Source of the DNA: Parasitella parasitica NRRL 2501
Lineage: Eukaryota > Fungi > Mucoromycota
Direction of reading: 5' to 3'
Length of the DNA: 64,000 bases
Assembly (NCBI GenBank): GCA_025201805.1
Contig: MU619321.1
Coordinates: forward strand, 84,044-148,043
Under the pieces are notes generated by a model. The model saw only the letters and a list, made by a program, of their open reading frames with translations, ran no database searches and was not told the DNA's origin. A program made the position numbers and the translations under genes. The stretch's first letter is position 1; each line of letters begins with the position of its first letter. This document shows positions 1 through 13,221 of this stretch, one piece after another.

Positions 1-9
1 CTCTTGTAG

Positions 10-1269
10 AGCAAGATCCTCTTTATACCAATATCCGCAACATGCACATTGCTAATACTACAGAAAAACTAATTAATGATTTCAATGCATTCATCAACGA
101 AAACAAGATTTCTAGCACTGGAGGACCTGCTACTGCAGTTAGTTTAAACGATATGAAGAATATGATCAGTAGTTTGCCGCAATTCCAAGAAATGAAGACT
201 CGATTTTCAGCGCACATGACCATTGCTGGTGAATGTATGGAGGAGTTTACTAACCAGAATCTCGAAGAAATCGGCTTATTGGAACAGGAAATGGCCTGTG
301 GAGAAACCCCTGAGGGAGAGAAGCCCAAGAACTTGGTTGAATCACTAATTACCATTTTGGATGACCCATCAACTACTGAGATGATCAAAGCTCGATTAAT
401 TTTACTTTGGATAGCAACATCTGACACCGTTGATCCCAATAACTTGGAACAGTTACTTTCGGTTGCTCGTTTAAATCAAACATACAAGGATGCAATTGAA
501 AATATCAAGTTATTAGGTGTTCAGCTGTCAAAATCAGCTACTCTACAAGGAAGGAAAATGAAGAAAAGCTTGAAAAAGAAGGTTAATCCTCAACAAGAAG
601 TGCCATTTGATTTATCTCGCTATGTTCCGGTTGTTAAACGTATTATGGAAGGCCATATCGATGGTAACATTGATAAAAGCTTATTTCCAAATAATATCCG
701 TGATGTCAAGCAACATCATACCAGAAAAGACACAACCGAAACGGCGAAAGAAGCTCCCAAATTAAGAGTTTATAAAACTCAATGGCATAAGAAATCAACA
801 GGTGCCAATGTAGGTCACATTTATATTGGAATAAGCTAACTGCTGAATATATCCTAAATCTGTAAATAGGCTGTTATCAAGCCGCCTTCTGGACCACCTA
901 TCATCATGTTTATCGTAGGAGGCATGACATACTCTGAAATCCGGTCCGCTTATGAGATTGCAGAAACATTTGATCGAGAAGTTTATATTGGTATTAACCT
1001 TCAAACTTTTGTTATCTGATATAAAACTAATACCATGTTCAGGCTCAACACATATTATTACACCAGACAAGTTTGTAAAGGACATTAGTACATTACACAA
1101 GGGAGCATCAGTGCAAACAAGTATTATTCCACCCTATGAAGGCTCAGTTCACAAGTCAAATGTCAATACCTCAAACACACACAAAACACTTCCCCCTCGA
1201 ACAACTTCCGCCAATGCAAATGCAAGTAATAATTCATCTAAAGGGCATAAAATATTAAGTAAATGGTAA
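10..1269 (+). CDS. SEC1: Sec1/Munc18 (SM) family vesicle-fusion protein, 3' portion (gene starts upstream of the window)
   Basis: SM motifs LPQFQEMKTRFSAHMTIA, LEQEMACGETPEG, FDLSRYVPVVKRIME, and after splicing IIMFIVGGMTYSEIRSAYE...GSTHIITPDKF. Introns at about 810-869 and 991-1042; stop at 1267-1269. Confidence 0.9.
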
Positions 1270-1596
1270 TATGTGGGGCTAATGTTTTCTACTTTGAGCT
1301 TGATTAGCATAATATCATATAACCAGAAACATAAATTAAGTAAAGAACGGATCTCACTGTAATTTGTATGTTGAAAAAAAACTCAAAGATACCATTGTTA
1401 CACTGTGTGCTTTCTTGGCTTCTTAAAAAAATCATAAAAGGCATTTTATAAGGGTTCTGATTTAAGCGGAAATTGTGACCCTTTTCAAGCCAAAAACCTG
1501 CAATAGGTGCGGCCGCGGGCTTCAAGATTCTTTATATTTTTACTTTTTTCTTTCTTTCATTTTTTTTTTTTCCAAACTAATTTTACACTTGAAAAA

Positions 1597-3072
1597 ATGA
1601 CTTTCCTTGCAACTCTTAACCGTATGGCTCCTAATGCCATGAAACGTGCAGCTGCTGTTTCAATGAAGCCTACCTCTGTTGCTCTGTCACAAAAACGATT
1701 CAACTCATCTTCCGGAACTGAGGTTTGATTTACGAATTTAGTTCTTTTAAATCATTTTCTAATTTTTCTCAAATAGATGACCGTTCGCGAGGCTTTGAAC
1801 CAAGCTATCGAGGAAGAAATGATCAAGGATGATAAAGTTTATATTCTCGGTGAAGAGGTTGCTCAATATAATGGCGCTTACAAGGTACATTTAAAAAATC
1901 AAAACAAGATCGCGTATAGTTTGTTAGGGGTGAAGGGGGTGTTTTTAGTGTCGTAATGATGGGATATTCCGGGAAAATAGGACAAAAGATTGGGGTAGAA
2001 TCGGGTTCTGTCGAGGGGAAACATAATCGGAGTTTAAATATATAATGCCCCGCAATTTTATCACTTAGGTTACCAAAGGTTTGTTAGACAAGTTTGGCCC
2101 CAAGCGTGTTATCGATACCCCCATTACTGAAATGGGTTTCGCTGGTATTGCTGTTGGTTCTGCTTTTAGTGGTTTAAAGCCTATTTGTGAATTTATGACC
2201 TTCAACTTTGCTATGCAGGTAAAAAAAAAAAAAAATATGGGGAAGCAATTTTTTTTACTCATTTATCCAATTGAATAGGCTATTGATCAAATTGTGAACT
2301 CTGCTGCTAAAACCCATTATATGTCCGGTGGTATTGTAAAGTGTCCTATCGTTTTCCGTGGCCCTAACGGTGCCGCTGCTGGTGTTGGTGCTCAACATTC
2401 CCAAGATTTCTCTGCTTGGTATGGCTCTGTTCCTGGTCTCAAGGTTGTTTCTCCATGGAATTCTGAAGATGCTAAGGGTTTGTTGAAGGCAGCTATTCGT
2501 GACCCTAATCCTGTTGTAGTTCTCGAAAATGAACTTGAATATGGTACCTCTTATCCTATGTCTGCTGAAGCCCTCAAAGATGATTTTGTTATCCCTATTG
2601 GTAAGGCCAAGATTGAGCGTGAGGGTAAGGACATCACCATTGTCTCTCATTCAAGAACTGTTGGTTTTGCTATGAAGGCCGCTGATCTTTTAGCCAAAAA
2701 CGGTATCTCTGCTGAAGTCATTAACCTCAGATCTATTAAGCCTCTCGATACTGAGACCATCTTCAACTCCATCAAGAAAACTAACCACATTATTTCTGTT
2801 GAAAATGCTTGGGCTGCCTTCGGTGTTGGGTCTGAGATCTCTGCTCAAATCATGGAAAGTAAGTTACGAAAATATTCGGTTGAGCAAATGGGGATGTTGA
2901 TGTTTTTCAATTAGGCGATGCTTTCTGGCATTTGGATGCTCCTATGAGTCGTGTTACTGGCGCTGATGTTCCTACTCCTTATGCTGCTAACCTTGAAGCT
3001 CTTGCTTTCCCTGACGAGAATGTCATTGCTAAGGCTGCTAGAGATAACTTGGACAGAAAAGTTGGTTTCTAA
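1597..3072 (+). CDS. PDB1: Pyruvate dehydrogenase E1 beta subunit, mitochondrial (multi-exon)
   Basis: Presequence-like N-terminus; [68 protein letters not shown]; stop TAA at 3070-3072. Confidence 0.96.
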
Positions 3073-3476
3073 ATTAAATACTGAAAAGTAACTGCTTCTC
3101 TTTCTCTTTACATATTTCATAGATTAAATACTTTTTTTTTCTTTTTCTCTCCTTTCAACTGAAACATCACTGTCATTCATACATAAATAAAAGAAATCAA
3201 TCATCGTTGTTTGTGCAGTTCTGTAAACTTATAAAGAACATTATTAGCTATTAATGGACACTATACGAGCTGTCTACATCCCTTCCCCGAATTACAGCGA
3301 AAAAACTCATTCTTCGCTTCACTATGGCGATTTTTTTTTCGACCTTCGCTCTAAAAGGGAAGGTAAATTTCTCGCGCCTGCAGCGGGTTATCTCACGGTG
3401 CATACTGCTAAAGAAAGATTTTTTTTTGACAAGACAATTTTATTTATTGAATATTTGAATTCAATGAGGATTCACA

Positions 3477-3900
3477 TTTCAAGGCAGAGTTACAGTCCTC
3501 AATTCGCTCATTTACTCCAAGCTCTGGCATGTCATGTGTCTGTTCACCTTTACCAAGGCACAAATCTCTTCTATTCAGCAGATTGGCGCCTCTCTTGTCA
3601 ACCATGCTTCCAAAGTTACGCGATTTTCCTTTGCTACTCTATCTCTCCCTCGTGCTAAAGAAGGCCTCAGTCTCTTCGATCCAGCTCTTCAGGCCAACGC
3701 TCTGCAATGGCGCTGGTTGTGTCCTCTCCTCGACCCGTTACAGATCACTCCTCCACAAATGGTGTCCCTTCCTTATCTTAAATCCTATCTTACCCTCTCT
3801 CTTAGCTCTTGTTGGATCGGCGACATTTGTTTTTCAAGTTTCCAGTAGAGCCATTTTAACTCTGTTCACAACACAGTCTGATTAAGTCCTTCTCCTGTAA
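3477..3900 (+). mobile_element. Degenerate internal fragment of an L1/Tx1-clade non-LTR retrotransposon ORF2 (post-RT region)
   Basis: Frame reads GRVTVLNSLIYSKLWHV...LSLPRAKEGLSLFDPALQANALQWRWL, matching the L1-type GRxxLxNSL and LPxxxGGLG...AL..W motifs. It ends in stops; no poly(A) or TSD seen. Confidence 0.75.
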
Positions 3901-5731
3901 CCCTCTTTTCTACATGAATGGCATATAATGATGCCCATTTTAGTTCGCTTTTATAATAATTGCAAAATTGGAAAGCTTAGTAAATAACATACGTTCTTCA
4001 ACAGTCTCAGGGTTGAACATTATTTTGCAATTTACTCTTAAAATGATCCTTTTCGTGATGAAGATACTGTATCAATATTGAACTTCATATCAGATAAACA
4101 TAAATAAAAACCAAATCATTTTAAGAATTGAGACATGTCAAACTGCAATGTATTTATTGATCTGTAACTTCGAAATGTAATAGATCAGCGTTTCAAGCGA
4201 TAACCTCGTGAAGACTCTGGTCACTAAAGCATATCAAGCGATTGCCCTATGGTTGAATTGGTATATTGATACAGTTTCACAGCCTTTGCAGACGCTTCTG
4301 TCAATACTTTCAATAAAAAAATATTCATAGACCTTCGGATCCACCTTGAAATAAAGGCGGATACGTCTTACGTATCAGTAACTAATTGACCACAATCAAG
4401 AGTTACAACCCGTTGTGCTATAGTATTCATGATAACTAGATATTCAGCATTCTATTTTAACACCTCCAGCGCATAGCAAAACATTTTCTGAAGCATCCTG
4501 GATTTTTTTTTAGGACTTCCGTGATATTGATATTAACTTATCACTTGGCTGCCTGTACACATACAACGAACATATCAAAGATACTTACAAGAGACTCTTA
4601 CACTATCTGCTCTTAAGTATAGCTGATCCTTACTCGCGAATACTTTTAGTCTAATGACACTTTTTTTAAATCGTATTTTACACCACCAACATTTGAAAAC
4701 GATGTTACGAGTGAAGTTACGAATGGAGCCACTCCAAGCAACATTTGAAAATAGAAGCCGAGTATTTGGCTATCGCTTCGTTCTTTTTCGCTTGTACTCC
4801 TAATAAAAGAATAAGGCTTTGGGTACTACCACAAGACGAAAGAAAGAGGCTTAAGCCTAATGTCAAGATACGCAAATCATCTAAAGATGTACAGACAAAT
4901 TATATATGTACATCAATAATGGTTTCATGTGGCAAATCAATCATCAACGAAAGACACAGATTCATGGTTAGTGGTTTTATTCTATTCTTTATGCTCGTAA
5001 ACTTTCGATAATCACATCCCTATGCTTGATAATTTGCAATTTTAGGTTAAATAACTTTATTACATCTTTTCCTATGCCTGGTAATTTGCATCTCGTAACT
5101 CTCGCATTGCGATAGGCACATTTTATAAAATGTCTCAATGCAAATATGGAACTGAAAATAATGAAGGAGATCGAGTATCTCGTTAATAAAGTTATTACTA
5201 GAATCTTGCAAAAAGTATGGCCTCGTTCGTTTTGGCTCATGTTATTATTTCTTTCAATAGCTGATCCTGCTAGATGGAGGCAGGATAAAATGTATGTTAT
5301 CTAAATCCATAAGAGGAGGATGGGATATAATCCGTTTTCTATGCATTTCATAGCATTCCGGGAGCAAACCCTCTTGTAAGTCTTCCTGTCCTCATTGAAT
5401 ATTCACTTTTTCTCAATAATTTGAATGTGTTCTAGGATCAATATAAACAGCATTCGGTTATTGAAAAAATCTTTCTTGTTACATTGTGAAGGATTTTCTT
5501 TTTGCTTCGATTCCCTTTTCCTTCAGTTTGCTTTTTTACTATTATAAATCTTATTGAAAGATTTGATATAAAAGAGCTGATAACCGCCTAAATTTACTAG
5601 TGCGAAAAAGAAGAAACCAATAAAGGAATAACTTCAGTACACACATCTATTACATCTCTGCTCCTCAAACACTTTTGTAGTAGAAGTGACTAAAAGCGAT
5701 TTACAACATCTTAAATTGATAGATTTTCAAT

Positions 5732-8700
5732 ATGGAACAGATAGAACAAGCTGTAATGTACGCTCTTGGCCCTCAAGTTGACCCTAGTTTGAAAGCCCAG
5801 GTAATTTTTTAAATAAACTCGGATAGATTACGTGCATTTTATGAACGCGTCTGCGTATTAGGCAAATGAATACTGCGAGCAGGTAAAAAATTCTAATGAT
5901 GGCTGGCAACTGTGTATTCAATTGTTCATGAAAGAACCGAAAGCGTAAGTTTTCACTAGAAATCAAGCTGATTTTTTTTTACATATACACTAAAACCCAA
6001 ATGGCAGACTTCCAGAAGCAAGATTTTTTTCACTCCAAGTATTAGAAAATACCTTAAGAAACAAGTAAGTATTCAATGGAAGTAACCTTGGTCCTTACCT
6101 TAATTCTGACTTTTTCTTGCAGATTTGAGACTTTGGATAATGCTGCAGTCGAGTACATTCAACAGACTATGATGGGATATCTTCGTAGAGAGTTTGTTGA
6201 CGACACCAGTGGATCAGAGGAGTCATGTAATGGTTAAACCAGATTGTATGGAAAAATTTTGCTAATGCCCTTTTTTCGTTGATAGTCATACGAAATAAAG
6301 TGGCTCAATTGCTCACTATATTATTCACACATGTATACCCAACAACCTGGCCCTCCTTTTTCAAGGACATGATAGCAGTTGCCAAAACGCCTGTTGGCAC
6401 ACCCAGTCATGAGAAAGCCGCCGATTTTTTTCTGAGACTATGCATTAGTATCGACGAAGAAATCGCTAGAATGGACATTCCTAGAACTCGTGAAGAGGTT
6501 ATTCGCAACACAAACATCAAAGACACCATGCGTTTAGGCGATATTCAACTGCTAGCATCATTCTGGTTTGATCTTTTGCAAGAGTTTAGATCAACCAACC
6601 ACAGCATTGCTCAACTATCGCTGAAAAACATTGGGTCTTTCGTAGCTTGGATGGATATTTCACTTGTAGTCAATGATCAAGTTATGGGCGTATTATACGA
6701 GCTATTGTCTGACGCAAACTTGCGCATACCTGCCAGTGAATGCTTGGCTGATGTTATCAGTAAAGGCATGTTGCCTGTGGATAAGCTGAATATGCTTCAA
6801 ATGCTGAATATTACAGACATTTTGAGTAGATTAGATCTGGTGAATTTCTCTAATGGACACATATGGCATTTGAGATACTAATACTGCTTACTTAGTCTGA
6901 ACCCGAGTTCGTTGAATACGTTGCTCGCCTGATCAATACTTTGGGTACTGAGCTTTGCAAAATCTACGCCGAGACGACTCTTCCAAACGAAAAAAAGCAA
7001 ACAACATGGAATATGATTGAACAAGTAATACCTTATTTGCTGAAGTTTTTGGGGAATGAATATGATGACACCTCTTCTGCTGTATTCCCCTTTGTAAATG
7101 ACATGTTGTATATTGTAAGTAATTTTCTTGCTTTGGATTGACTGGATGTGCATACTGACCTGTTTTTTTTTTCCAGTACAAGAGACAGAAAAAGCCAATG
7201 CAAACGTTTTCTCAAGGCCAACATGAATTCCTTGCTTCTTTATTGAATGTTGTCATCGTCAAATTGAGATATGACGAAGACACTGACTGGAGCGATGATC
7301 AAGACGAGCCTGAGGAAGAAGCTCTGTTTTTTGAAATGAGAAAGGTAGACTACACATAACGCTATTGAAATATTGAAAAAGAAATAACGCTTGTTTTGTA
7401 GAATTTGCGCATTTTTGCAGATCATATTGCCATGATCAACGAAGATTTGTATGTGGGTTATATTCACTCATTTGTCATGGACACTATAAATAAATATAAG
7501 GCTGGCACAGAGTTGAATTGGCGTGATGTTGAGTTATGCCTGTACGTCCTTTATTGCTATGGCGAGGCTCTCTCTAAGGCTGCTATGGTCTTTGTTACTT
7601 CAAATGACACGTTGTCTCCGTTGGGTGAATTGGTTTCTGAAATGGTTCAATCAAGTAAACTATTACCCGACTTTTGCGCCTATTTTTGATTAATCCTTCT
7701 TACTTTATTAGATATCTCTGCTTACCATCACCCTTCTTGTGCTATGCAGTACTTTGAAAATGTCACTCGCTATTACCAGTTTTTCGAGCATCGCCCTGAT
7801 CACCTTCCACAGGTATTAGCAGCCTTTGTTGATAATAGAGGCTTGCACCATCCTGTCAAACAAATTCGTACCAGATGTTGGTATTTATTCCAGCGATTTG
7901 CGAAGAACTTGAAGCCTAAAATGTCTCCCTACGTTGAGAATGTTCTATCATCACTCGGAGATTTGTTAAACATCCAAGCTGAGCCAGTTGTCGAAGCCAA
8001 TACCATGGATGGAATGCCGATCCCTGCAGCGTCTACTTTTGATAGTCAATTATATCTGTTTGAAACTGTTGGCTTATTAATCTCAATGGAAGGTATCGAT
8101 CCTATGAAACAGACAGAGTATCTCAAGATTGTTCTAGTGCCCTTGGTTGAAGGTATTCAAAAAGCAATGGCCCAACCATTTTCAGATGACGAGTTGTTTT
8201 TGCTTCAACTACACCATTATATCATGGCTATTGGTAGTGTCGCTAAGGGTAAGTTGCGTATAGAATTGTATTTGCTTTTTGTTGATGTCCAATTATCATT
8301 GTAGGATTCCCTACTCTTGTTAGACCAGCCGACAGCACACAACAACCTTGGTCCGTCGTTTTTATTCAAGCTACAGAGATCATTTTGAGCGCCTTGCAAA
8401 GCTACAACCAAATGGCCGTCATTCGCGATGCTGTTAGGTATACATTTGCTCGTCTAATAACTTGTCTTGGAACTCAAGTGCTTCCCTATTTACCTTCACT
8501 CATCAATGGCCTTTTAACTGAATGTCAAGTTACAGAACTGGTTGACTTTTTGCCCTTTATCGGTCTCATTGCTCATAAATATAAGCCAATGATTGAACCC
8601 ATTATTGATCAACTCTTGCTGCCCTTGGTTAGACGGGTCTTCGACTTTTTAGACACTACTCCTTCTGGAACTGATGAGGCCTTCTTATTGCTGGACTTGC

Positions 8701-9040
8701 GCAAATCGTACTTGAATTTTGTATTGAGCTTGTTCAACGCTAATCTAGAAATGGTCTTTGTCAGTGAACGCAATTTAGAATCGTTAGAAACAATTTTAAA
8801 AACATTCTTGCATTTCGCAAAAGACAACTCTGATCCCACAACACAAAAAATGTCATTTGGTGTATTTTTAAAAACGGTAAACTCTTGGGCTTCCAGCACG
8901 ACTTCAGCTTCAGCTCCCACAATTGCAGGATTCGATCAGTTTGTGTACAACGAACTTTTACCAATTACGTTCTCAGTTCCTATGAGTGCCTCTTTCAATT
9001 TAGCAGATGGACAATCTATCTTGGTATGTCTGACACAAAT

Positions 9041-9076
<36 letters not shown>

Positions 9077-9341
9077 CCTTTTATTTTTTTTTGGAGAAAT
9101 GACAAGTATTCAAAAGACAATGTGCTCTAAACAAGGAGCAGATTTTATTGAATATATGAAGAGAATTTTCCTTCCTTCTATCCAATGCCCTCCTGAAACA
9201 GCAGAAAGATACTGTCAGGCTGTGCAGCAGTATGAAGGTAGACAATTTAAAAAATACTTCCAGGTAAGCTTACTTGACGTGAATAATTGACTGGATTCCT
9301 GACACTTTTCATAGTCTTTCATCTCTGAGGCAAAAAGTTAA
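5732..9341 (+). CDS. LOS1: Exportin-T (tRNA exportin, importin-beta family), multi-exon
   Basis: Starts MEQIEQAVMYALGPQVDPSLKAQ|ANEYCEQVK; IRNKVAQLLTILF..YPTTWPSFF, NTNIKDTMR, FVDNRGLHHP..IRTRCWYLFQRF, FDSQLYLFE; ends FISEAKS* at 9339-9341. Confidence 0.9.
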
Positions 9342-11026
9342 AAATGCAAAGCTACTTACATATCTCATCCCCACCCCCTTTTTTTTATGAAGTTAAGATG
9401 ATCAAATAATAGTAATAAAAAGAAACCTCTGTAATTTAGAATGAAACCTCTTGATACTATCCGGCTAAAAAGAAACTATCGCTTTTTATCTAATTATGAA
9501 AAACAAGAATACTTAAGTCTCCAATCAACTCTGAATATTTCAACCTTTTTATCCATGATTTTCTCTATTTATCTGCTTTGAAATATACGAGTCGGATATG
9601 ATTAATCCTAATAGTTGAAGCATGAAAATGAGTAGTAATGCTGTCAACCGCTGATTTTTGAATAAACATTTAAGAGATACCTAAATTTATGGCCGTAGAA
9701 TATGTTTAATGGCTATAAGCATAGTAATGGATTGCCGCTTCTCTAGTAGTGAGTGACTAATATGTTGCAAAATAAAGGTTGACAATATAACTACGTAGTG
9801 TTCAAACCAGAGGTAGCATTGAAATCATTATTACTCAAATTGGAATAGGTCTGATTTATTAGTGATCTATTAAAACCAAAAATCGATCGAATGAGCGTCA
9901 GTTTTGATGTACAAGCTAAGTTTCATAAAGGCGTGCTAGTATGAGATACGAAAGGTTTTTGCAACATGCTATCAATGATGCATACGCTTGGAAAATTTGG
10001 TAGATAATTTACCAAACTTGATCCGCAGATAAGCATAAAGGTACATTTATACATAATCGTTACAAGTGCGTGAAAAGTAGTATGTAATGTTGTGTGATAA
10101 TCTGCAAATGACACATAGAAAAAACAACACCAAATATTACTAGACGAAGTATAGTAAGTACTAATCCTATTAGAGGCGCAGATTTCAACACTTGATAACC
10201 GTATTTAGGTTCTCGCTGCAACATATCCGACATAAACTTTCAATGTACAGCATTGATCACTCCTGTGGTTCAACAAACATGCTCAAGGTCATTGTACATA
10301 TATTTCTAGGCATGACAGTGTGCACAATTGCGATTTTTGTAAATAACAGCAATATTTGGTTTAGTGTTTTTATGATTTTTTTAAAAAAAACCTTATTACA
10401 TCGAATTAAGCAAATGAGATGCCACAACTTTTATACAATGATGTGGGTTAATATTAAATAGCCATATATTGAATGATGCGAGCGAATGATTCATAAGTCA
10501 TTTTCCAAAAAAAAAAAAAAAAGGGGGGGATCAATTCTAGTCATGAAACGGATTTGCTTATTTTCTCGGAATGATATACGGAAATAAACTATAGAGACAT
10601 CTCACGTTACTGAGTATTTGATTTTGTATTCATTAAATGATCTTTGCACTACATATTCAGCCAAGAGATTTTGATACATTCTAGGAGCTCAGAGGTGTGC
10701 CATTCACTTAAAAACAAGGCAGGAGATATCCAGTCGGTCGTTTCTTTGCTCAAGCCAAAACCATCCGTTGCTCCTTGATTTTGCTATAGCAAATGCATGA
10801 GCGCATGAATATGAGTATCACGAGAGGGTATAGAGGCAGTTTGAAGAATTTAAACTATTTGAACTAATCAGATCAAATCAAACCTCACCTGTCGTCATGG
10901 CTGTATAAAGAAAAGACTAGCTCTTTTTTTCTTTCTTTCTTATAAATTCATCCTTCTTCCCTCTTCCCTCTTTCTTCTTCTTTTTTAATGCTTTTTACTT
11001 TTTAATTTACAAGGTAATTCCACAAG

Positions 11027-13111
11027 ATGCTATCGCACATCAAAGATTTGTTTCGCCAAAGAAAAGAACGGCAACAGAGAAGGTTTTTTAATAACACACA
11101 TTTCATCAACAGACACCAGGCAAAAACGAAAACGATGGCTAGAAATGATGCTGTCCTGGTCGAGGAGCCGCCTGCAGCTCCAGTGCAGCAGCAGAATAGA
11201 CCGAATCAACAGAAGCGCGCAAAGCAAATGTCGACAGATACCATTGTCGCTCAACCAACCGAGAAAGTCAACGCCGCCGAAGAACTAGCCAATCTATTGG
11301 TGGAGGCTGACAACAAGAGAAGGAGCCAATTGCCTATTTACCCAGGACTGGAACGGTTTGAAATGATTAGAAAACTTGGAGAGTAAAGTTTTTGTACTCG
11401 TGCTAAATGCATCAAAGACTCATTATTTTTTTTTAGTGGAGCGTTTTCAAATGTATTTGAGGCTCGAGATTTAAAAACTGGAAAGCGAGTAGCCATTAAA
11501 GTAGCTCAGAAATCCCATCCTAATGACAAGGTAACATCTTGCCTCTATATATCATTACTAATACTAATCGTAACAATTAAGAACACCGGGCAGCGCCATT
11601 TGCATTCTAGTATAGTCAGAAAGCCCAGAGCAACAGAGGTAACTAATTGACTATGATATCATGATTGTGTAGCGCGCAAAGAGCTAAATTTATGGTATGT
11701 TTCTTTGATAAAGCGAGCCAACATAATGAAAGAAGTTGAAATCATGCGCAACGTCAGACATCCAAACATTGTGCAGCTGATTCATTATATGGAGTCCTGC
11801 GACAACTACTTCCTAACATTGGATCTATGTCAAGGTGGCGAATTGTTCCATCAAATAGTAAAACTTACCTACTTCAGTGAAAAATTGTCCAGACATGTTA
11901 TTACGCAAGTTGCCTTGGCTGTTCGTCATCTGCACGAAGAATGCGGTGTCGTTCATCGTGATATCAAGCCTGAAAATATTTTATTTGACCCAATCCCTAT
12001 CATACCTTCCAAAAAGCGCATCTATCGCCCTACGGACAGTGCTGACAAGGAAGATGAAGGCGAATTCATACCTGGAATTGGTGGTGGTGGTATTGGGAAT
12101 ATCAAGTTAGCCGACTTTGGACTGTCCAAAGTAATTTGGAATAACTCTACGTTAACTCCATGTGGCACTGTTGGCTACACTGCACCAGAAATTGTAACAG
12201 ATCAAAAGTAAGTGATCATGCATTAGCTTTAAATTGCCTTTTAACGACTCAACAATATGCGGTACAGGTATTCTAAATCTGTAGACATGTGGGCTATCGG
12301 CTGCGTACTCTACACTATCTTATGCGGCTTTCCACCTTTTTATGACGAGTCTATCCCTACTCTTACCGAAAAGGTGGCTCGCGGTCAATATACATATCTA
12401 AGCCCTTGGTGGGATACCATTTCTGATTCAGTCAAGGACTTAATTTCGCATCTACTATGTGTTGATGTTAGGAAAAGATACACTATTGATCAATTTCTCA
12501 ACCATCCTTGGATCAAAGAAGAACCGTTTATTCGCGATGATCATTTCGAAGCCATGCCAGTTAGAAGAAATCAGTTGTTCCAAGCGGTATCTGCGAGCAA
12601 TCAATACAGACAACATAAACAAGAGCGAGCTGAACAGAAAGAAACAGAAGCCGCTTTTGAACAAGCAGTTAAATCTAATATATTAGTACCGCACGTGATT
12701 GAGCAAGGAGATGATTTGTTAATGGATGATGATAGTAGCATAGTATACTCGACTCCAGATGCGAATACCCTTCGAGGTATCCTTGACATAACATATGCAG
12801 TTCAGCGCATGGGAGAAGAGCAATCATTGAATAATACACAGCATAAGCAAAACCCTACAAAACAAGTGAAACAGCGACAACCGCTAAACGTAGTGCAGGT
12901 ACCATTAGCGCAACAAAACCAAAATTTGCCCATAGCACAACAACTAGCAAAACATAGTCGTGGCGTGGCAAACCCTATAAATTATCGTAACCATAAGCCA
13001 AGTAACCAGCATTCAGCTCCAAACAATATGTTTGGTCCAGCAGCCTTTCATCTGGACATGAATAAAGCGACGCTTATGAAGAACCGTAAAGCCATGAATC
13101 TGAAAGCTTAA
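11027..13111 (+). CDS. CAMK-group Ser/Thr kinase of the Rck2/Srk1 (MAPK-activated) type
   Basis: LGE|GAFSNV, VAIK, HRDIKPEN, DFG, TPCGTVGYTAPE, plus the family-diagnostic insert DEGEFIPGIGGGGIG; four introns. Confidence 0.9.
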
Positions 13112-13221
13112 TTAAGCAAGGGAGCATACTGGTAGTGTACATAGATTCGAATGAGCCGAAAATTAACATATTATTATTATTCATGCAAAAAATAAAATCC
13201 CCATTCCTTTCACTTTTAAAT

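Noticed and set aside
9024-9095. Apparent poly-Phe insertion in exportin-T (ORF 8385-9290)
   Set aside because: This is a GTATGT-initiated intron with a long poly(T). The AG acceptor is not visible and was probably lost to sequencing error after the homopolymer.
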